Assembly: GCF_025526975.1 (NCBI RefSeq)
Contig: NW_026515686.1
Span: 310,001-374,000, forward strand
Direction of reading: 5' to 3'
Source of the DNA: Fimicolochytrium jonesii
Lineage: Eukaryota
DNA: 64,000 bases
Shown here: piece after piece, positions 61,463 through 64,000 of the stretch
Numbering within the stretch: position 1 is the first letter of the stretch
Layout of the letters: each line of letters begins with the position of its first letter
Made by a program: the position numbers and the translations under genes
The notes under the pieces: generated by a model
Seen by the model: the letters and a program-made list of their open reading frames with translations, nothing else
What the model was told of the DNA's origin: nothing
The model's database searches: none

Positions 61463-62542
61463 ATGGTGCTGTACGTTATCGGTCTCGGCCTGTCCGATGA
61501 GAAGGACATTACGGTGAAAGGGCTTGAGGCGGTCAAGTCATGCGAACGGATATATCTGGAGGCATACACGAGTATCCTCACTGTCGGGAAGGAGAGGCTG
61601 GTAGGGAACTTTCAATTTCGCTTCAAAGAGCTCACGTGAACTTAGTGAGAAATTCGTCTTTCAACAGGAAGCGTTTTACGGGAAGCCGGTGGTCATTGCG
61701 GACAGGGAAATGGTCGAGTCTGAAGCCGACGTGATATTGAAAGATGCGGATAAAGTGAATGTAGCCTTTCTCGTTGTCGGAGACCCGTTTGGGTACGTTC
61801 GTTTCCCAGCAACTCACTCCCCTACTACCGTGCACGGTCCCATTGAAATTGAAACCTTTTCTTGGCACTCCAGAGCAACAACGCACACCGACCTCGTCCA
61901 CCGGGCAACGGAGCTCTCCATTCCAGTGATCCCCATCCACAATGCCTCGATCATGAACGCCGTCGGCTGCTGTGGGCTGCAATTGTACAACTACGGGCAG
62001 ACGGTGTCCATTGTGTTTTTCACCGAGACCTGGAAACCAGACAGTTTTTACGACAAGATAAAGATGAATACAGACATGGAATTGCATACGCTGTGTTTGT
62101 TGGATATAAAGGTGAAGGAGCAGAGTATTGAGAACATGGCTCGGTGAGTTGTTGGTTGATCGTTTGCGACCATCGTGATCTGCATGAGCTCACACCACCC
62201 CCAAACAGCGGCCGCAATATCTACGAACCCCCACGCTACATGACCATCAACACCGCCGTCGAGCAGCTCCTCGAAGTCCACGAAACCCGCGCCGCCGCCT
62301 CTCCAGAATCGAAACCGGCCTACACAAAGAACAGCATCGTCGTCGGGCTGGCCCGCGTTGGATGTGACGACCAGAAAATTGTGGCAGGGACGCTGGAGGA
62401 GTTGCTCACGGTCGATTTTGGGGGGCCGTTGCATTCGCTGGTCATTGCGGGGAAGATGCACTTTTTGGAGGCGGAGGTTGTGAAGGCGTTTGCGGTGGAC
62501 AAAGAGACTTTCGACAAGTATGCGGTTGTTTCGCAGCATTAG
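61463..62542 (+). CDS. DPH5: Diphthine methyl ester synthase
   Basis: [77 protein letters not shown]. Confidence 0.96.
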
Positions 62543-63152
62543 ATCCAGAACGCCCTTTCACGGTTACCCGCCGCAGTCGGGTTTCAGTGAGATGCGTATT
62601 GAAAGGAGCATGGACTGCGGGCTGCTGGGACCTCGAAGAGTACAATCTTGGGGGACATGCCCGCGCAAGGCAAGGCATGAAAGAGGCGGAGACTCATTGG
62701 ATGCCTGGATATGAGGCCGCTGCGTTCGCCGCAAGTCACTTCAGACGCGGCCGAGTGGAGCCGACGGTGGGCCGGGGATGTGACCTTAACTCAACTTACC
62801 TATGAAGCGGGCGGTGCTGTCCGGCGAAACGGAAGTAGTAGAAACAGTCGCCGGAACGGAAGAAGTAGAAACATCTCCATAGCTCTCACATGCAGCGATC
62901 ATGGGGCCCTTGGTGCATATGATAGATTAGATAGACCCTCTGGAATCGTATTTATTCACTCCCAATGATTGAATGGGCAGGCTGGAAACTGGGCTGGAAA
63001 GGCCAGTCACGGGGCAACGCGCGCGGTTTAAATGGGAGGACCTTTTTCGAGGCCTTGACACATCCTTGCAATCCTTGCTCAAACTCCGAACGCAAGTGCA
63101 GTTCGAACCACACACAACATAACAGCTGGAATAGAAAGCATCGTCCACTCGA

Positions 63153-64000
63153 ATGTCAATAACAGCCCTCGAATTCTTCTCCGGCCTCGGCGGCCTCCAC
63201 TACGGCCTCGAGTTCGCGCACCCCTCCTCCAAAGTCGTCGCCGCATTCGACATCAACCTGCACGCCAACGCCTGCTACACGCACAATTTCTCCCTCAAAC
63301 CCAGCGACACCTCCATCGACCGCCTCACCGCGGCCCACCTCGACAAATTCAACGCAAACTGCTGGCTGCTCTCCCCGCCATGCCAGCCATACACCCAGGG
63401 CGGCAAATCGCTGGATGAGAGGGATACGCGCGCCGAGGGGCTGTTGAGGCTTGTAACGCTGTTGGGGGAAGTGAGGAGGAGGCCGGAGTTTGTGTTTTTG
63501 GAGAATGTGCCGAATTTTGAGGTGTGAATGGGTAAACGTCGCTGTTCAATGTTTTTCGGGGATGGGAGTGGGAGTGGGGACTCACGGGGGTGTTATGTGG
63601 TGTGTAGAAATCGACCAGCAGGGCGATGTTGGTGAATAAGCTGGATGAGCTCCGGTATGAGATCCATGAGTTTTTGGTCTCGCCGTTGCAGATTGGGATC
63701 CCGAATGATCGAAGGCGGTATTATTTGACTGTGAGTGTCCATCAATGGAGTGCGACCCCGATGACGGAGTGATCTGACCGCTTTCTTGCAGGCCCGGCTA
63801 CGCTCTTCCGACACACCTTCCGACCCCCCAACAATACCCTACATCGAGCGAGCAACAATCCACACAGAACCGCGCATCCCATCAAAAGCATTACCCACGC
63901 CCGACGTAGATGTCGACCCGCTGAGCGCGTACCTGGAAGACTTGACGGAGGATGAGGAGGCCGCGTACCTTATACCCGAACATTTTGTGACGAAGAGGCA
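63153..64000 (+). CDS. DNMT2: tRNA (cytosine-38)-C5 methyltransferase Dnmt2/Trdmt1; 3' end runs off the window
   Basis: ALEFFSGLGG (motif I), AFDIN, WLLSPPCQPYT (motif IV), ENVPNFE (motif VI), LVSPLQIGIPNDRRRYY (motif VIII). Confidence 0.9.

Noticed and set aside
63153..64000. DNA methyltransferase of a restriction-modification or defence system
   Set aside because: Motifs (SPPCQPYT, PLQIGIPNxRxRYY) and introns identify the eukaryotic tRNA methyltransferase Dnmt2.

Overview
Gene-dense eukaryotic DNA with many short GT-AG introns (CTAAC/CTGAC-type branch points). It comes from a zoosporic fungus, most likely a chytrid: the flagellar gene CFAP299 occurs alongside a fungal-type PPZ phosphatase and MGM1. 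About 25 protein-coding genes are recognisable. Housekeeping genes include HSE1/STAM, TRM112, MGM1, MPDU1, TFIIIC Tau95, an ADIP/SSX2IP-like protein, an AcpS-type PPTase, PRE8, TACO1, BPL1, CFAP299, pyridoxal kinase, PPZ, DCTN3, DPH5 and DNMT2. A Rec8-type kleisin is also present. The standout signal is two intronless secreted copper LPMO genes about 8 kb apart, each with an unconventional C-terminal module. One is an AA13 (starch-type) LPMO carrying two tandem trefoil (P-type) domains instead of the usual CBM20. The other is an AA16 LPMO carrying an unrecognised 6-Cys helical module. Other points of interest: a 7TM receptor-like orphan, a bacterial-type LRR-kinase split by a GC-AG intron, a 5-nt micro-exon, AUG-less presequence-like extensions on BPL1 and the PPTase, and a recurring C-rich to G-rich compositional switch inside exons. 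No rRNA, bona fide tRNA, CRISPR array or intact transposon was seen. Family assignments come from motif recognition by eye, not database searches, and exon boundaries are manual predictions.
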